Origin: an uncultured bacterium
Lineage (GTDB): Bacteria > Chlamydiota > Chlamydiia > Chlamydiales > SM23-39
Assembly (NCBI GenBank): GCA_964618335.1
Contig: CAZTYI010000002.1
Span: forward strand, 1 to 41,901
DNA: 41,901 nt
Direction: 5' to 3'
The notes below the pieces were generated by a model. The model was not told the DNA's origin, made no database searches, and saw only the letters and a list, made by a program, of their open reading frames with translations. Positions 12,964 through 22,486 of this stretch are shown in pieces. Position 1 is the stretch's first letter; every line of letters starts with the position of its first letter. A program made the position numbers and the translations under genes.

Positions 12964-14981
12964 TGGATTTCTAAAAGCGGCAGGTTGATTTTTTGAATTG
13001 AGACTTTTAGTTTATCGCCGTAAGCAAAAGTGCGGCCGGTACGGTCGCCAACCAGCTCATCGCTGTCAGAATCATAAATGTAGAAATCATCATTCAGTTC
13101 GGATAGATGCAAAGAGCCTTCGAAATAAAAATCCTTAACTTCGAAAAAGACATTGTAAGGTTTGATTTTAGTGACCGTAGCTTCATAAACCTGTGAAGGA
13201 TTTTTCTCTTTCAGTTTTTTTAAAAGTCTGAGTTTTTTAAGGTTGATCACAGACATTTCTGCTTTGAAACTTTTTCTTTCAGCTAGCGAGCATTTTTTAG
13301 AGATATCATTTAAATCGACTTTTTTTTCTTCGTTAAAGAGCAGTCTTTCAATAATTAAATCACTATATCTGCGAATCGGGCTGGTGAAATGGCAATAGTG
13401 TTCTAAAGCTAGACCATAATGACCTAGATTTTCCGGTGAATAAATAGCTAAATTCATGCTGCGGATAAAGCTGACCGAGAGCTGATGGATCAGCGGGGAG
13501 TCTTTAGCTTCTAAAAAGAGCTTTTGCAGATCTGTATGTCCGGGATTAGGGGGTAGAGAAAAGCCTAGACTTTTAGCTAGATCAAAAAAGTCTGTAAAAG
13601 CATCGGCATCAGGGCTTTCATGGACCCGGTAAATCAGCATTTTACCCTGTTTTTTTAAATGCTCGGCAACGACTTCATTAGCTTTGAGCATGAACTCTTC
13701 GACCAGCTGGTGGGAGATGTCATATTCCACGATTTTAATTTCTACGGGTTCGCCTTTGTCATCGATGATGAGTTCTGTTGAAGGCAGAGCAAATTCAATC
13801 GAGCCGCGTTCAGCCCGTTTCTTTTTTAAAATTAGGCAGAGCTCTACCATTTCTTGAAGCTGTTTGGCAAAAGGCGATGCTTTTTTGCCTTCGATGACGG
13901 TCAGTGCCTCTTCATAGCTAAAACGTCTTTTGTTTTTAATGACAGAGCGCTTGATTTTATAATCTAGCAGATCTCCGCCACCATCAAACTCCATCATGAC
14001 AGAGACGACCAGCCGTAAAACATCGGGTTTTAAGCTGCAAAGGCCGTTAGAGAGCTCTTTCGGCAGCATAGGCAGGCAAAAGCCTGGGAAATAGGTGGAA
14101 TTGGCTCTTTGCAGTGCTGCTTGGTCTAAATGAGATGAAGGAGGAACAAAGAAGGCGACATCGGCAATATGCACTCCTAAATGAAAATGACCTTTTTGAT
14201 CTTTGGTTAAAGAAAGCGCATCATCAAAGTCTTTCGCGGTAGCCGGGTCAATCGTAATGGTATTTAAATCTGTATAGTCTTGTCGGTTTTTTAACTCTGC
14301 TTCAATTTTTTGATCAGTGAAGGCTGCGGTTTCTTGAAGAGCTTCTTCGGAAAAAGTATCTTTTAGATTGTATTCGGCAATCGAGACTTTGACATCGACA
14401 GAGGCGTCATTGATATGGCCTAGCTTTTCTTGTAAGAGGCCTTCCAGCGGTTCATTTTCTTCTTTCCAGTTGGTAATTTTAATGACAATACGGTCGCCGA
14501 CTTTTAAGCTTTCAGAAGAAGCTACTTTGGCTGGTTTGTTTTTACCTAAAAGAGGAATGAAGGCCAGGTAATAGTTAAGCTCTTTAGCAATAATAATACC
14601 TATTAAAGTCGAATGTTCTCTTTTTAAAATAGAAACAATTCTGCCTTCAGGTCCTTTAGGAGTAAAAGTATCTGCCAACCGGACTTTTACAAAATCTCCG
14701 TCAGCAGCGCCTTTCATGTATTTTTTAGGGATAAAAATATCTTCATCAAACCCTTCTTTAGGGATCACAAAACCAAAACCTTTGGAAGTGACGCTAATAG
14801 GGCCAGTTGCGAATTTAGCTTTTGTATTTGTGTTTTGAGAAGGTTCGAATTTTGTGTTCTGAGCTTTATTGTTACGGTTATTTGTATTTATGTTTTGATT
14901 TTTAAATTTTCCAGACCGTTGTTTTTTTCGTTCTTCTTTTCTTTTGTTTCTGTTTTTATGTTTGTCTTTTTTAAATTTCAT
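12948..14981 (-). CDS. rnr: ribonuclease R (VacB)
   Basis: RNB catalytic blocks TIDPATAKDFDDALS, HIADVAFFV, NSTYFPGFCLPMLP and SPIRRYSDL, plus a C-terminal S1-like domain. The N-terminal tail is Lys/Asn-rich. Confidence 0.9.
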   Translation of the reverse strand: MKFKKDKHKNRNKRKEERKKQRSGKFKNQNINTNNRNNKAQNTKFEPSQNTNTKAKFATGPISVTSKGFGFVIPKEGFDEDIFIPKKYMKGAADGDFVKVRLADTFTPKGPEGRIVSILKREHSTLIGIIIAKELNYYLAFIPLLGKNKPAKVASSESLKVGDRIVIKITNWKEENEPLEGLLQEKLGHINDASVDVKVSIAEYNLKDTFSEEALQETAAFTDQKIEAELKNRQDYTDLNTITIDPATAKDFDDALSLTKDQKGHFHLGVHIADVAFFVPPSSHLDQAALQRANSTYFPGFCLPMLPKELSNGLCSLKPDVLRLVVSVMMEFDGGGDLLDYKIKRSVIKNKRRFSYEEALTVIEGKKASPFAKQLQEMVELCLILKKKRAERGSIEFALPSTELIIDDKGEPVEIKIVEYDISHQLVEEFMLKANEVVAEHLKKQGKMLIYRVHESPDADAFTDFFDLAKSLGFSLPPNPGHTDLQKLFLEAKDSPLIHQLSVSFIRSMNLAIYSPENLGHYGLALEHYCHFTSPIRRYSDLIIERLLFNEEKKVDLNDISKKCSLAERKSFKAEMSVINLKKLRLLKKLKEKNPSQVYEATVTKIKPYNVFFEVKDFYFEGSLHLSELNDDFYIYDSDSDELVGDRTGRTFAYGDKLKVSIQKINLPLLEIQWKLH

Positions 14982-14987
14982 TTTTCT

Positions 14988-15872
14988 TTATTTTTCTTCT
15001 TTATTTTTAGTGTTTTGCTGTTGAAAAGCTGTATATGTGTTATGCATTAAAAGAGCAATAGTCATAGGTCCTACGCCTTTGGGCACAGGTGTAATTTTAG
15101 AGACTATTGGCAGCACTTCATCAAAGAGGACATCTCCGACTACTTTACCATCTGTACGATTAATGCCTACGTCAACCACCACAGCACCTGGTTTAACCAT
15201 CTCTTTAGTAATCAGCCCTAGTTTTCCAACTGCTGAGATTAAAATATCAGCGCTCTTAGTAATCTCTTTTAAGTTTTGAGTTCTGGAATGGGCGATGGTA
15301 ACTGTAGCATTTCCACATTTTTGATTTTTTAAAAAGAGAGCTCCTAAAGGTTTGCCGACTAACGTGCTTCTACCGACAATGACTACGTGTTTGCCACAAA
15401 CATCGATCTGGGATTTTTCTAAAAGGGTTTTAATGCCGAGAGGAGTGCAGGGGACAAAGCCCTTTTCGTCTTTTAAGAGCTGTCCTAAGTTGTAGGGGTG
15501 CAGACCATCGACATCTTTTTTAGGGTCTAGATGCGAGATGACTCTATTGGCGTTGATATGAGAAGGTAGAGGTAATTGGACTAAGATGCCGTTGATTTCC
15601 GGGTTTTGGTTTAAAAGCTCGATTTCTTTTAAAAGTTCGTTTTCAGTTAGGGTTTCTTTAAAGATTAGATCTGTGGATTTGATACCAATTTTAGCGCAGG
15701 CTTTTTTTTTGCTGGCTACATAAATTTTTGAGGCTGGGTTTTGACCGACTAAAATTACAGCCAAAGTAGGCTTTTTAGAACCTAGTTTGGAGATTTTTAT
15801 TTTGAGCTCATCTAAGAGCTTTTCTGCGATTTTCTTACCGTCGATGATTTTCATCTTCATGTTTTTTATCAT
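14988..15872 (-). CDS. folD: bifunctional methylenetetrahydrofolate dehydrogenase/cyclohydrolase
   Basis: Motifs are LAVILVGQNPASKIYV, GILVQLPLP, VVIVGRSTLVGKPL and PVPKGVGPMTIA. Confidence 0.93.
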   Translation of the reverse strand: MIKNMKMKIIDGKKIAEKLLDELKIKISKLGSKKPTLAVILVGQNPASKIYVASKKKACAKIGIKSTDLIFKETLTENELLKEIELLNQNPEINGILVQLPLPSHINANRVISHLDPKKDVDGLHPYNLGQLLKDEKGFVPCTPLGIKTLLEKSQIDVCGKHVVIVGRSTLVGKPLGALFLKNQKCGNATVTIAHSRTQNLKEITKSADILISAVGKLGLITKEMVKPGAVVVDVGINRTDGKVVGDVLFDEVLPIVSKITPVPKGVGPMTIALLMHNTYTAFQQQNTKNKEEK

Positions 15873-16033
15873 ATTCGTCTTATGCCTTTACTGGGGATAA
15901 ATAGCTAACTATAACTAATATCTAGCGTAGGCGCCTATTATAAGCCTTATTTTCTTTATATCCAATTGGATAAATTAAGGCAAAAAGGAAGCTTAATTTT
16001 AATTTAAAAATATGGTAAATATTGAAGTTTTTT

Positions 16034-16663
16034 TTAACTCTCTTCTTCAATGATTTCTTTGACCGTTTCCGTTGTTTCTTCTTTTGAGCTTGTCTTCTCA
16101 TTAACTTCTTCTTCTGGATTTTCTGATTCTTGTTTTTTAGCTTTTCTGATAGCTTGAATCTTTCTGAATTTCTGTTTAGCTAGATCCAAAAGATAAAAGG
16201 GCAGGGTAAAAACAGCTAGGGCATAAAGACCATCTAAAAAAGCCATCAAAAAGAAATCAACGGCTAAAAAACTAAAGGTGATTTTAAAGCTTTTTTCAAA
16301 AAGAAAGAAAAAGAAGATTTGCAAAATAGACATGAAAAAAGAAGAGATCACAGTTAAAAGAAATAGATTGACTGTAGTGTTATGAAAAAAGCGCTTTAAG
16401 GTAAACAGAGCTCCAATGCTAAGCACTCCAATCAAACTGTGAAATCCTAAAATAGTAGAAGAAAAAAGATCGATGATTAAACTGGCAGCGAAAATCAGCC
16501 AAAGAGAAAAAGAAAAAGTAGCGTTTAAAATCAAAAGAGCAATCAGAGCAGCAAAATAGTTTAAACGCAGAGAGGGCATTAACGCAGAAGCAAACAGCGA
16601 AAAAATCAAAGAAATGGCACAAGCGTAAATTAGCGACCATTTTATGTTGATGTTAGTCTTCAT
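16034..16663 (-). CDS. polytopic membrane protein with an acidic C-terminal tail
   Basis: 209 aa with about five hydrophobic helices, then QESENPEEEVNEKTSSKEETTETVKEIIEEES. I recognise no family (MreD-like size and topology at best). Confidence 0.6.
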   Translation of the reverse strand: MKTNINIKWSLIYACAISLIFSLFASALMPSLRLNYFAALIALLILNATFSFSLWLIFAASLIIDLFSSTILGFHSLIGVLSIGALFTLKRFFHNTTVNLFLLTVISSFFMSILQIFFFFLFEKSFKITFSFLAVDFFLMAFLDGLYALAVFTLPFYLLDLAKQKFRKIQAIRKAKKQESENPEEEVNEKTSSKEETTETVKEIIEEES

Positions 16664-16670
16664 GATTTCA

Positions 16671-17768
16671 TTATTCTCCGGCTTCTTTTACTGTAACCTT
16701 TTCTTTTATTTCGGCAGCTTTTTTTGCCTTTGCTAGTTTTTCGATATCCCTTAATTCGGAATCTCTTAAGACAGCATTTTGCTCCAAGAGCTTTTGATGC
16801 CAGTTAAAAGCTGAAAGGATAATAGTTTTTAAATCTGAATACTTAAGTTCAAAGTCCAGCCTTTTTAAAGCTTCGCCATTAGATGCTACTAACCTAGGAG
16901 GATCTCCCTCTCTTCTATCTGCATATTTAACGGTAAATTCTTTCCCTGTGTATTCTTTGACTTTGGCAATTATCTCTAAAACTGAAAAGCCTGTACCTGT
17001 ACCTAAATTCAAAAAGAGGCTTTTTTTGTCTTCTCTTGGTTGTAGATATTCTAAAGCTTTTAGATGGGCTTCGGCTAGATCACGGACATGAATATAATCA
17101 CGTACAGCGCTACCATCTGCAGTGGGGAAGTCTGTACCAAAAACGGTGATGTTTTCTCTTTGGCCAAGAGCAGCCTGGATCACTAAAGGTATGAGATGGG
17201 TTTCGGGGTTATGCTTTTCTCCAATTTCTCCATCTAAATCAGCTCCTGCGGCATTAAAATATCTAAGAGAGACAGATTTAAAGCCATAAGCTCGATCACA
17301 GTCTTTGAGCATGGTTTCGATCATCAGTTTGGATTTACCATAAGGATTGATGGGGTTTTGAGGATGGCTTTCACCTAGTGTTTCAGTTTCCGGTACTCCA
17401 TAAGTCGCACAAGTAGAAGAAAAGACTAAGGATTTAACTTCAAACTCAAGCATGGTTTTTAAAAGAGTAATCGTAGAAATCAGATTGTTATCATAATATT
17501 TGGCAGGATTACTCATAGATTCGCCAACCAGAGCAAGTGCTGCAAAGTGCATGACAGCTATTGGCTTGTACTGTTTAAAGACCTCTCTTAGTCTTTCTGG
17601 ATCTCTTAGATCGCCGATTTCTAATGGTCCCCATTTGACATTTTCAGCATAGCCTTCTGAGAGATTATCATAAACCACAGGTAGATAGCCTCTGACACTT
17701 AAAAGTTTGCAAATATGAGATCCAATATAGCCAGCGCCACCGGTCACTAAGATCACGGGTTTTGCCAT
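16671..17768 (-). CDS. galE: UDP-glucose 4-epimerase
   Basis: VTGGAGYIGSH Rossmann motif and YGKSK catalytic YxxxK. It has a C-terminal Lys/Glu-rich extension of about 35 aa. Its start overlaps the upstream stop (TAATG). Confidence 0.88.
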   Translation of the reverse strand: MAKPVILVTGGAGYIGSHICKLLSVRGYLPVVYDNLSEGYAENVKWGPLEIGDLRDPERLREVFKQYKPIAVMHFAALALVGESMSNPAKYYDNNLISTITLLKTMLEFEVKSLVFSSTCATYGVPETETLGESHPQNPINPYGKSKLMIETMLKDCDRAYGFKSVSLRYFNAAGADLDGEIGEKHNPETHLIPLVIQAALGQRENITVFGTDFPTADGSAVRDYIHVRDLAEAHLKALEYLQPREDKKSLFLNLGTGTGFSVLEIIAKVKEYTGKEFTVKYADRREGDPPRLVASNGEALKRLDFELKYSDLKTIILSAFNWHQKLLEQNAVLRDSELRDIEKLAKAKKAAEIKEKVTVKEAGE

Positions 17769-18436
17769 TAGTAAGCTCCTTTTGAAAAGATCATCATGGG
17801 AACTGTTTTTAAGATCAGTTTTAAATCTAAGAGCAAAGTACGATGATCGATATAAGTTTCTTCGATTTTAACTCTCTCTTCTCTGGTTAGATTGTTTCTG
17901 CCGGAAGTTTGCCAGACGCCAGTAATGCCAGGACGGATAGAAAGGATTTTTAAGACCTTTTCTCCATAGTTCTGATGCAGCTCTTTTTCGACGCAGGGTC
18001 TAGGTCCTACGACGCTAAGTTCTCCAACGAGCACGTTAAAAAACTGGGGCAATTCATCTAAAGAAGTCTTTCTTAAAAAATGGCCGATAGGTGTAATACG
18101 GGGATCGCTTTTAAGTTTATAATAAAGGTTCCATTCTGCTTGCATAACCGGGTTTTTTTTAAGCATTTTAGTCAGGATCTTATCGGCATTTTTATGCATG
18201 GTGCGGAACTTCCAGCATTTGATTTTTTTACCAGCTCTGCCGATGCGTTCATGGCCATAAAAAATTGGACCGGGAGAAGAAAAATAAACTAGTAAACTTA
18301 AAAGTAAAAAAAGGGGAGAAAAACAAATTAAAAAACAAAGACTAAATGCAGTATCAAAAACACGTTTGAGCGGATCATGAACAATTACATAATCAGACTT
18401 TTGGGTAGTCCATCTTAAAAAAGAACTCTCTTCCAT
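17768..18436 (-). CDS. small monotopic phosphoglycosyl (sugar) transferase, PglC/WbaP C-terminal type
   Basis: One N-terminal hydrophobic re-entrant helix and the catalytic block SLDELPQFFNVLVGELSVVGPRP...GITGVWQ. Confidence 0.85.
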   Translation of the reverse strand: MEESSFLRWTTQKSDYVIVHDPLKRVFDTAFSLCFLICFSPLFLLLSLLVYFSSPGPIFYGHERIGRAGKKIKCWKFRTMHKNADKILTKMLKKNPVMQAEWNLYYKLKSDPRITPIGHFLRKTSLDELPQFFNVLVGELSVVGPRPCVEKELHQNYGEKVLKILSIRPGITGVWQTSGRNNLTREERVKIEETYIDHRTLLLDLKLILKTVPMMIFSKGAY

Positions 18437-18534
18437 TTTGACCTTTTTAAAACCTTTTTAACCTTTAGTAGTTAAAGAGTGCTGAATTGACATACGGTAT
18501 TTTAGCTTATTTTTTTCCTGACGCCAAGGCTTTT

Positions 18535-19446
18535 TTAAAAGGAGCGGTTGATCATTTTATAAGCTAAACTTTGTAGAAGCTCTGTAGAATAGGGCAGCTT
18601 CTTTAAATTTAGAATAGCTGTTTGATAGAGTTTTTCAGCTTTTTTTTGAACTTCTTTTGTGCCCATGACTGTTAGGGCATTAGCTTTTCCCTTGCTCTTG
18701 TCAGATCCCTGCGGTTTGCCCAGTTTTTTAGAGGAAGAAGTGGAATCGATCGCATCATCAATTAGCTGATAGGCCAGTCCAATTTTTTGTCCGAAACTTA
18801 TTAGCATTTTTTTTTCTTTGGATGGGAGGTTAGCAATAATAGCCCCGAACTCTAAAGCCGCTGTGATTAAACTGCTGGTCTTTTTTAGATGCATATATTC
18901 CAGTTTTTTAATTGGTATCTTTTTCTTTTCAGAGCTTAGATCGACATATTGTCCGGCTAGCAGTTCTTCTCCTCCAGAATACTTGGCCAGAACCTGGATT
19001 AAAGCTAGTTTTTGTTCAGAAGTTAGATTAGGCGCTTGGGCTAAGATTGCAAAGGCATAGTTTAAAAAAAAGTCGCCGGTTAAAAGTGCTAGCCATTCAG
19101 GATAAGCTTTATGTAGAGCAGGTTTGCCGTGGCGTAGATCGTCATTGTCCATACAAGGCAGATCATCATGGACCAGAGAATAGGTATGCATCATTTCTAG
19201 GGCACAGGCTGGATTGAGGGCTTTTTTTAGATTGTTAGATTTTGTTGAAAGGCTGTTTGATAGAGTTTGAACAGTAGCTAACACTAAAAGCGGACGTAGC
19301 CGTTTTCCTCCAGGAAAGAGAGCATATTTAGCGGCAGAAAAGAGCTCTTTTTGAAAACTCGCTTTAGGAAAGGCAATCAGTTTTTTTAGCCTTTGGCTAA
19401 TTTGGGCTTTTTGCTTTTGGAAAAAGATCTCGTTTTTATTCTGCAA
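18535..19446 (-). CDS. ispA: short-chain (E)-polyprenyl diphosphate synthase (FPP/GGPP synthase)
   Basis: First Asp-rich motif VHDDLPCMDNDDLRHGKP and second motif QLIDDAID. Confidence 0.85.
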   Translation of the reverse strand: MQNKNEIFFQKQKAQISQRLKKLIAFPKASFQKELFSAAKYALFPGGKRLRPLLVLATVQTLSNSLSTKSNNLKKALNPACALEMMHTYSLVHDDLPCMDNDDLRHGKPALHKAYPEWLALLTGDFFLNYAFAILAQAPNLTSEQKLALIQVLAKYSGGEELLAGQYVDLSSEKKKIPIKKLEYMHLKKTSSLITAALEFGAIIANLPSKEKKMLISFGQKIGLAYQLIDDAIDSTSSSKKLGKPQGSDKSKGKANALTVMGTKEVQKKAEKLYQTAILNLKKLPYSTELLQSLAYKMINRSF

Positions 19447-20791
19447 AATTAGCGGCTCCTATGCCGAAATATTTAAAGCCTTTTTCTTGCATTTCTTTGG
19501 CTTTGTATTGATTACGGCCATCGAAAAGTACTTTTTTATTTAAGGTTTTTAAAATGGGATCAAAGTTAATCAGACGGAACTGTTTCCATTCAGTTAAAAG
19601 GGCGATAGCATCTGCTTGATGGGCAGCTTCCTCTTCATTTTCGCAAAAAGTAATATTTTTCAGATCTTTTAACAGATCTTTAGCATTTTCCATAGCGACA
19701 GGGTCAAAGACTTTAACCTTAGCTCCAGCAGCGACGAGTTCTCTGATAATGGTTAAAGAAGGAGAGTCCCGCATATCATCAGTATCTGGTTTGAAAGCCA
19801 GCCCCCAGATAGCAATGGTTTTACCTTTGAGACCATCTTTTTGAGAAAAATATTTTTTAATACTTTGCGATAGCTCTTTTTTTTGGTTTTCATTAATAGA
19901 TTCAACGGCTTCTAACAGTTGAGGTTGGTAATTTAAGCCCTTTGACATGTGGATTAAAGCACGGATATCTTTAGGGAAGCAAGAGCCTCCATAACCGATG
20001 CCGGCGTAGAGGAATTTATCGCCGATGCGACTGTCAGAGCCGATACCCTTTCTGATGTCGTTAATATTAGCTCCGATGCGTTTGCAGATTTGAGAAAGCT
20101 CATTCATAAAAGAGATACGAGTTGCCAGCATGGCGTTAGCGGCATATTTAGTTAGTTCAGATGAAAGAATATCCATTTCAATGATTCGATGAGAACGGAC
20201 AAGGAAGGGTTTGTAGATTTCCCGCATGACTTGAAAGGCTTTTTCAGTTTCAGCTCCGATAATAATACGCTCGGGTTTCATACAGTCTGAGATAGCGTTA
20301 CCTTCTTTTAGAAATTCGGGATTAGAGACAATGTCGAAATCTATTTTATTACTACTACTACTACTGTTTTTGTTATGCAGATGTTTTAAAAGCAGTTCTT
20401 TGAGCTTAAAAAGAGTGCCTGTAGGAGAAGTAGATTTATTGATAATAATTTTATATTCATCAATGTGTTTGGCTAGTTCGATAGCGACGGTTTCTAAAAA
20501 AGAAGTATTACAGGATCCATCTGGATTAGAAGGAGTTGGCAAAGCTAAAAAGATAGCCTGGGATTTTTTAACGGCTGCGCTATAAGCAGTTGTAAAGTTC
20601 AAACGGTCGGAGGCTAAATTACGTTTCAGTAGTTCTTCCAAGCCTGGTTCGTAAATAGGGGATTGTCCAGCTTTCAGTTTTTTGATTTTGTCTTCGTCGA
20701 TATCAAGACAAGTAACTTCATGTCCCATTTCAGCAAAACAGATTCCAGTGACTAGTCCGACATATCCAGTGCCAATAATTAAAAGCTGCAT
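19436..20791 (-). CDS. ugd: UDP-glucose 6-dehydrogenase
   Basis: IIGTGYVGLVTGICFAEMGHEV Rossmann motif and catalytic GGSCFPKD. Its 3' end overlaps the ispA start by 11 nt. Confidence 0.9.
   Translation of the reverse strand: MQLLIIGTGYVGLVTGICFAEMGHEVTCLDIDEDKIKKLKAGQSPIYEPGLEELLKRNLASDRLNFTTAYSAAVKKSQAIFLALPTPSNPDGSCNTSFLETVAIELAKHIDEYKIIINKSTSPTGTLFKLKELLLKHLHNKNSSSSSNKIDFDIVSNPEFLKEGNAISDCMKPERIIIGAETEKAFQVMREIYKPFLVRSHRIIEMDILSSELTKYAANAMLATRISFMNELSQICKRIGANINDIRKGIGSDSRIGDKFLYAGIGYGGSCFPKDIRALIHMSKGLNYQPQLLEAVESINENQKKELSQSIKKYFSQKDGLKGKTIAIWGLAFKPDTDDMRDSPSLTIIRELVAAGAKVKVFDPVAMENAKDLLKDLKNITFCENEEEAAHQADAIALLTEWKQFRLINFDPILKTLNKKVLFDGRNQYKAKEMQEKGFKYFGIGAANFAE
20351..20365. repeat. 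(ACT)5 trinucleotide microsatellite inside ugd, encoding Ser5
   Basis: actactactactact on the plus strand equals AGT x5 on the coding strand, within the loop ...HNKNSSSSSNKIDF.... Confidence 0.9.
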
Positions 20792-20795
20792 AAAA

Positions 20796-20815
20796 ATACT
20801 CCGAGATTAGAGTAT
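20796..20815 (-). promoter_or_regulatory. hairpin overlapping the ugd Shine-Dalgarno (weak terminator or RBS-sequestering element)
   Basis: Minus-strand RNA reads AAAAGAUACUC UAAUCUCG GAGUAUUUUU AUG. The right arm contains the GAG of the GGAG RBS and ends at the start codon. The stem is AT-rich. Confidence 0.3.
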
Positions 20816-20857
20816 CTTTTTTATCAAAAATGACAAATAAAAAAAAGCTAGAAGTTA

Positions 20858-21739
20858 TTAAAGCTTGCCAAGCTTTTTCATTTCAGCCTGTTCTGCTTTC
20901 AGCCATATCTTTCCTGTTGGATCTTTGCTGAAGGATTTCACTTCTTCTGTCACATCCTTACTGGTCTGAGTACGCAACGGAGGATTTTTATCTTTGATCA
21001 GCTTTTCAATTAAAAGAGCTATGTCTTTAGGTTTCTGCGCTTGGCTGTTTTTAGCATTTAACTCTTTTATGAATCCCAAGCTTTTTTTTAGCATTGGGCC
21101 ATAAGGGTTTTTTTTGCCTTTAAAAGCTGAGCCTATAATGAGGTGGTCTGGGAAAGAGGTATTAGTTGCTCCTGGTTCTACTAAAGTCACTGCAATATTC
21201 CAGGGGAATAATGTGCCGGCCCAAGAAAATCCAATTGCTTCTAAAGCCGCTTTAGTTGCTGAATAGGTTCCTAAAACAGCTAGATTGTTGATTGCTACAA
21301 TACTGCTGATGCAGATAATTCTGCCAAAAGACTGTTTCCTAAAGTGGGGGATTGCGGCATGAGTTAGTTCAATCGCTCCAAAAAGATTGACTTCAAACTG
21401 CTGTTTTATCTCTGCCATACTGCAGTCTTCAACAGGCCCAAAAAGACCGTAGCCGGCATTGTTGACCAGCACATCAAGATGTTTTTCATTTGTGATAATT
21501 TGTTTGATAGCGGCTTTGATTTGTTTACTGCTAGTGACATCTAGTTGCAGGGGAACGAGGTTTTCTTGTTTGTTTTTATTTTGTGAAATCGCTTGAGTTA
21601 AAAGATGTTTATCTTTTTTACAATTTCTTAAACCTGCATAGACTTTGTAACCTTGATTGGCTAAATGAACAGCTGTCTGAAAGCCCATACCAGAGGAACA
21701 ACCGGTAATCAGAACTACTTTTGCTTTTTTTTCGCGCAT
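20858..21739 (-). CDS. short-chain dehydrogenase/reductase (SDR)
   Basis: Motifs are TGCSSGMGFQTA, NNAG and YSATKAALE. I prefer the ATG at 21739 (ggtga RBS) over the track's GTG at 21775. Confidence 0.85.
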   Translation of the reverse strand: MREKKAKVVLITGCSSGMGFQTAVHLANQGYKVYAGLRNCKKDKHLLTQAISQNKNKQENLVPLQLDVTSSKQIKAAIKQIITNEKHLDVLVNNAGYGLFGPVEDCSMAEIKQQFEVNLFGAIELTHAAIPHFRKQSFGRIICISSIVAINNLAVLGTYSATKAALEAIGFSWAGTLFPWNIAVTLVEPGATNTSFPDHLIIGSAFKGKKNPYGPMLKKSLGFIKELNAKNSQAQKPKDIALLIEKLIKDKNPPLRTQTSKDVTEEVKSFSKDPTGKIWLKAEQAEMKKLGKL

Positions 21740-21798
21740 ATTTTCACCATGGTCTTTTTTAAAAACTAATATCACAATCTGATTAAATTTTGCAAAAA

Positions 21799-22479
21799 TT
21801 AATGGTGACTGGCTGTCATGGATAAATTTTCTAAAATCCCGTCTTTAAGTAAATACTTATGATCGCAAAGAGAAGCTAATTCTTCATTATGGGTAGCTAT
21901 GACAAGGCTTTTCTTTTTGGCTTTGACGAAAGATAACAAAAGATCGCCGATTTTTTTAGAATTTTGATGGTCTAAATTTCCCGAAGGCTCATCGGCAAAG
22001 ATAATTTCAGGGTCATTTAAAAAAGCTCTGGCAATAGCTGTTCTCTGTTTTTCTCCGCCTGAAAAAGCTTTAACATTTTTATGAGCTAAATGGGCAAGTC
22101 CGACTTCATCTAAGAGTTGCAGTGCTTTTTCTTTATGATTTTTTTTGCTGCGAGTAGAAATGTAAGCAGGCATGAGAACATTATCTAAAGCTGAAAACTC
22201 TTCTAAAAGATTAAAAAATTGGAAAACAAAACTAAAATGTTTAGAACGTAGGAAACGAGCGTTTTTTGAAAGAAACTCTTCTTCTTGGTAGAAAATTTTA
22301 CCGCTGGTAGGTTTTTCTAGCCCGCCTAAAAGATGTAAAAGAGTAGTCTTCCCTTCGCCTGAAGCGCCCATAATAGCGATAGATTCGCCTTGATGGAGTT
22401 TGAAATTAACGCCTTTCAAAATCACAGCATCTGCGTAATTTTTATGTAGATTTTCAGTTTTTAAAATGACTTTGTGCAT
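21799..22479 (-). CDS. lolD: ABC transporter ATP-binding protein, LolD/MacB-type
   Basis: Walker A GASGEGKTT, signature FSGGEKQR and Walker B IIFADEPSGNLD. It lies downstream of an FtsX-type permease. Confidence 0.75.
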   Translation of the reverse strand: MHKVILKTENLHKNYADAVILKGVNFKLHQGESIAIMGASGEGKTTLLHLLGGLEKPTSGKIFYQEEEFLSKNARFLRSKHFSFVFQFFNLLEEFSALDNVLMPAYISTRSKKNHKEKALQLLDEVGLAHLAHKNVKAFSGGEKQRTAIARAFLNDPEIIFADEPSGNLDHQNSKKIGDLLLSFVKAKKKSLVIATHNEELASLCDHKYLLKDGILENLSMTASHH

Positions 22480-22486
22480 AAAAATC

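Noticed and set aside
14835-15279. 71-aa and 80-aa plus-strand ORFs over the rnr 5' end and the folD 3' end
   Set aside because: They are antisense to well-supported genes, and their composition is Phe/Ser-rich nonsense.
15959-15972. Perfect 14-bp palindrome tatccaattggata upstream of folD, and the 7-4-7 inverted repeat tttgtat-atga-atacaaa at 34658-34675 upstream of the guaC-like gene
   Set aside because: A 7+7 palindrome has probability about 4^-7 per position, so a few are expected by chance in 42 kb, and more in AT-biased DNA. No second copy or known operator consensus was recognised.
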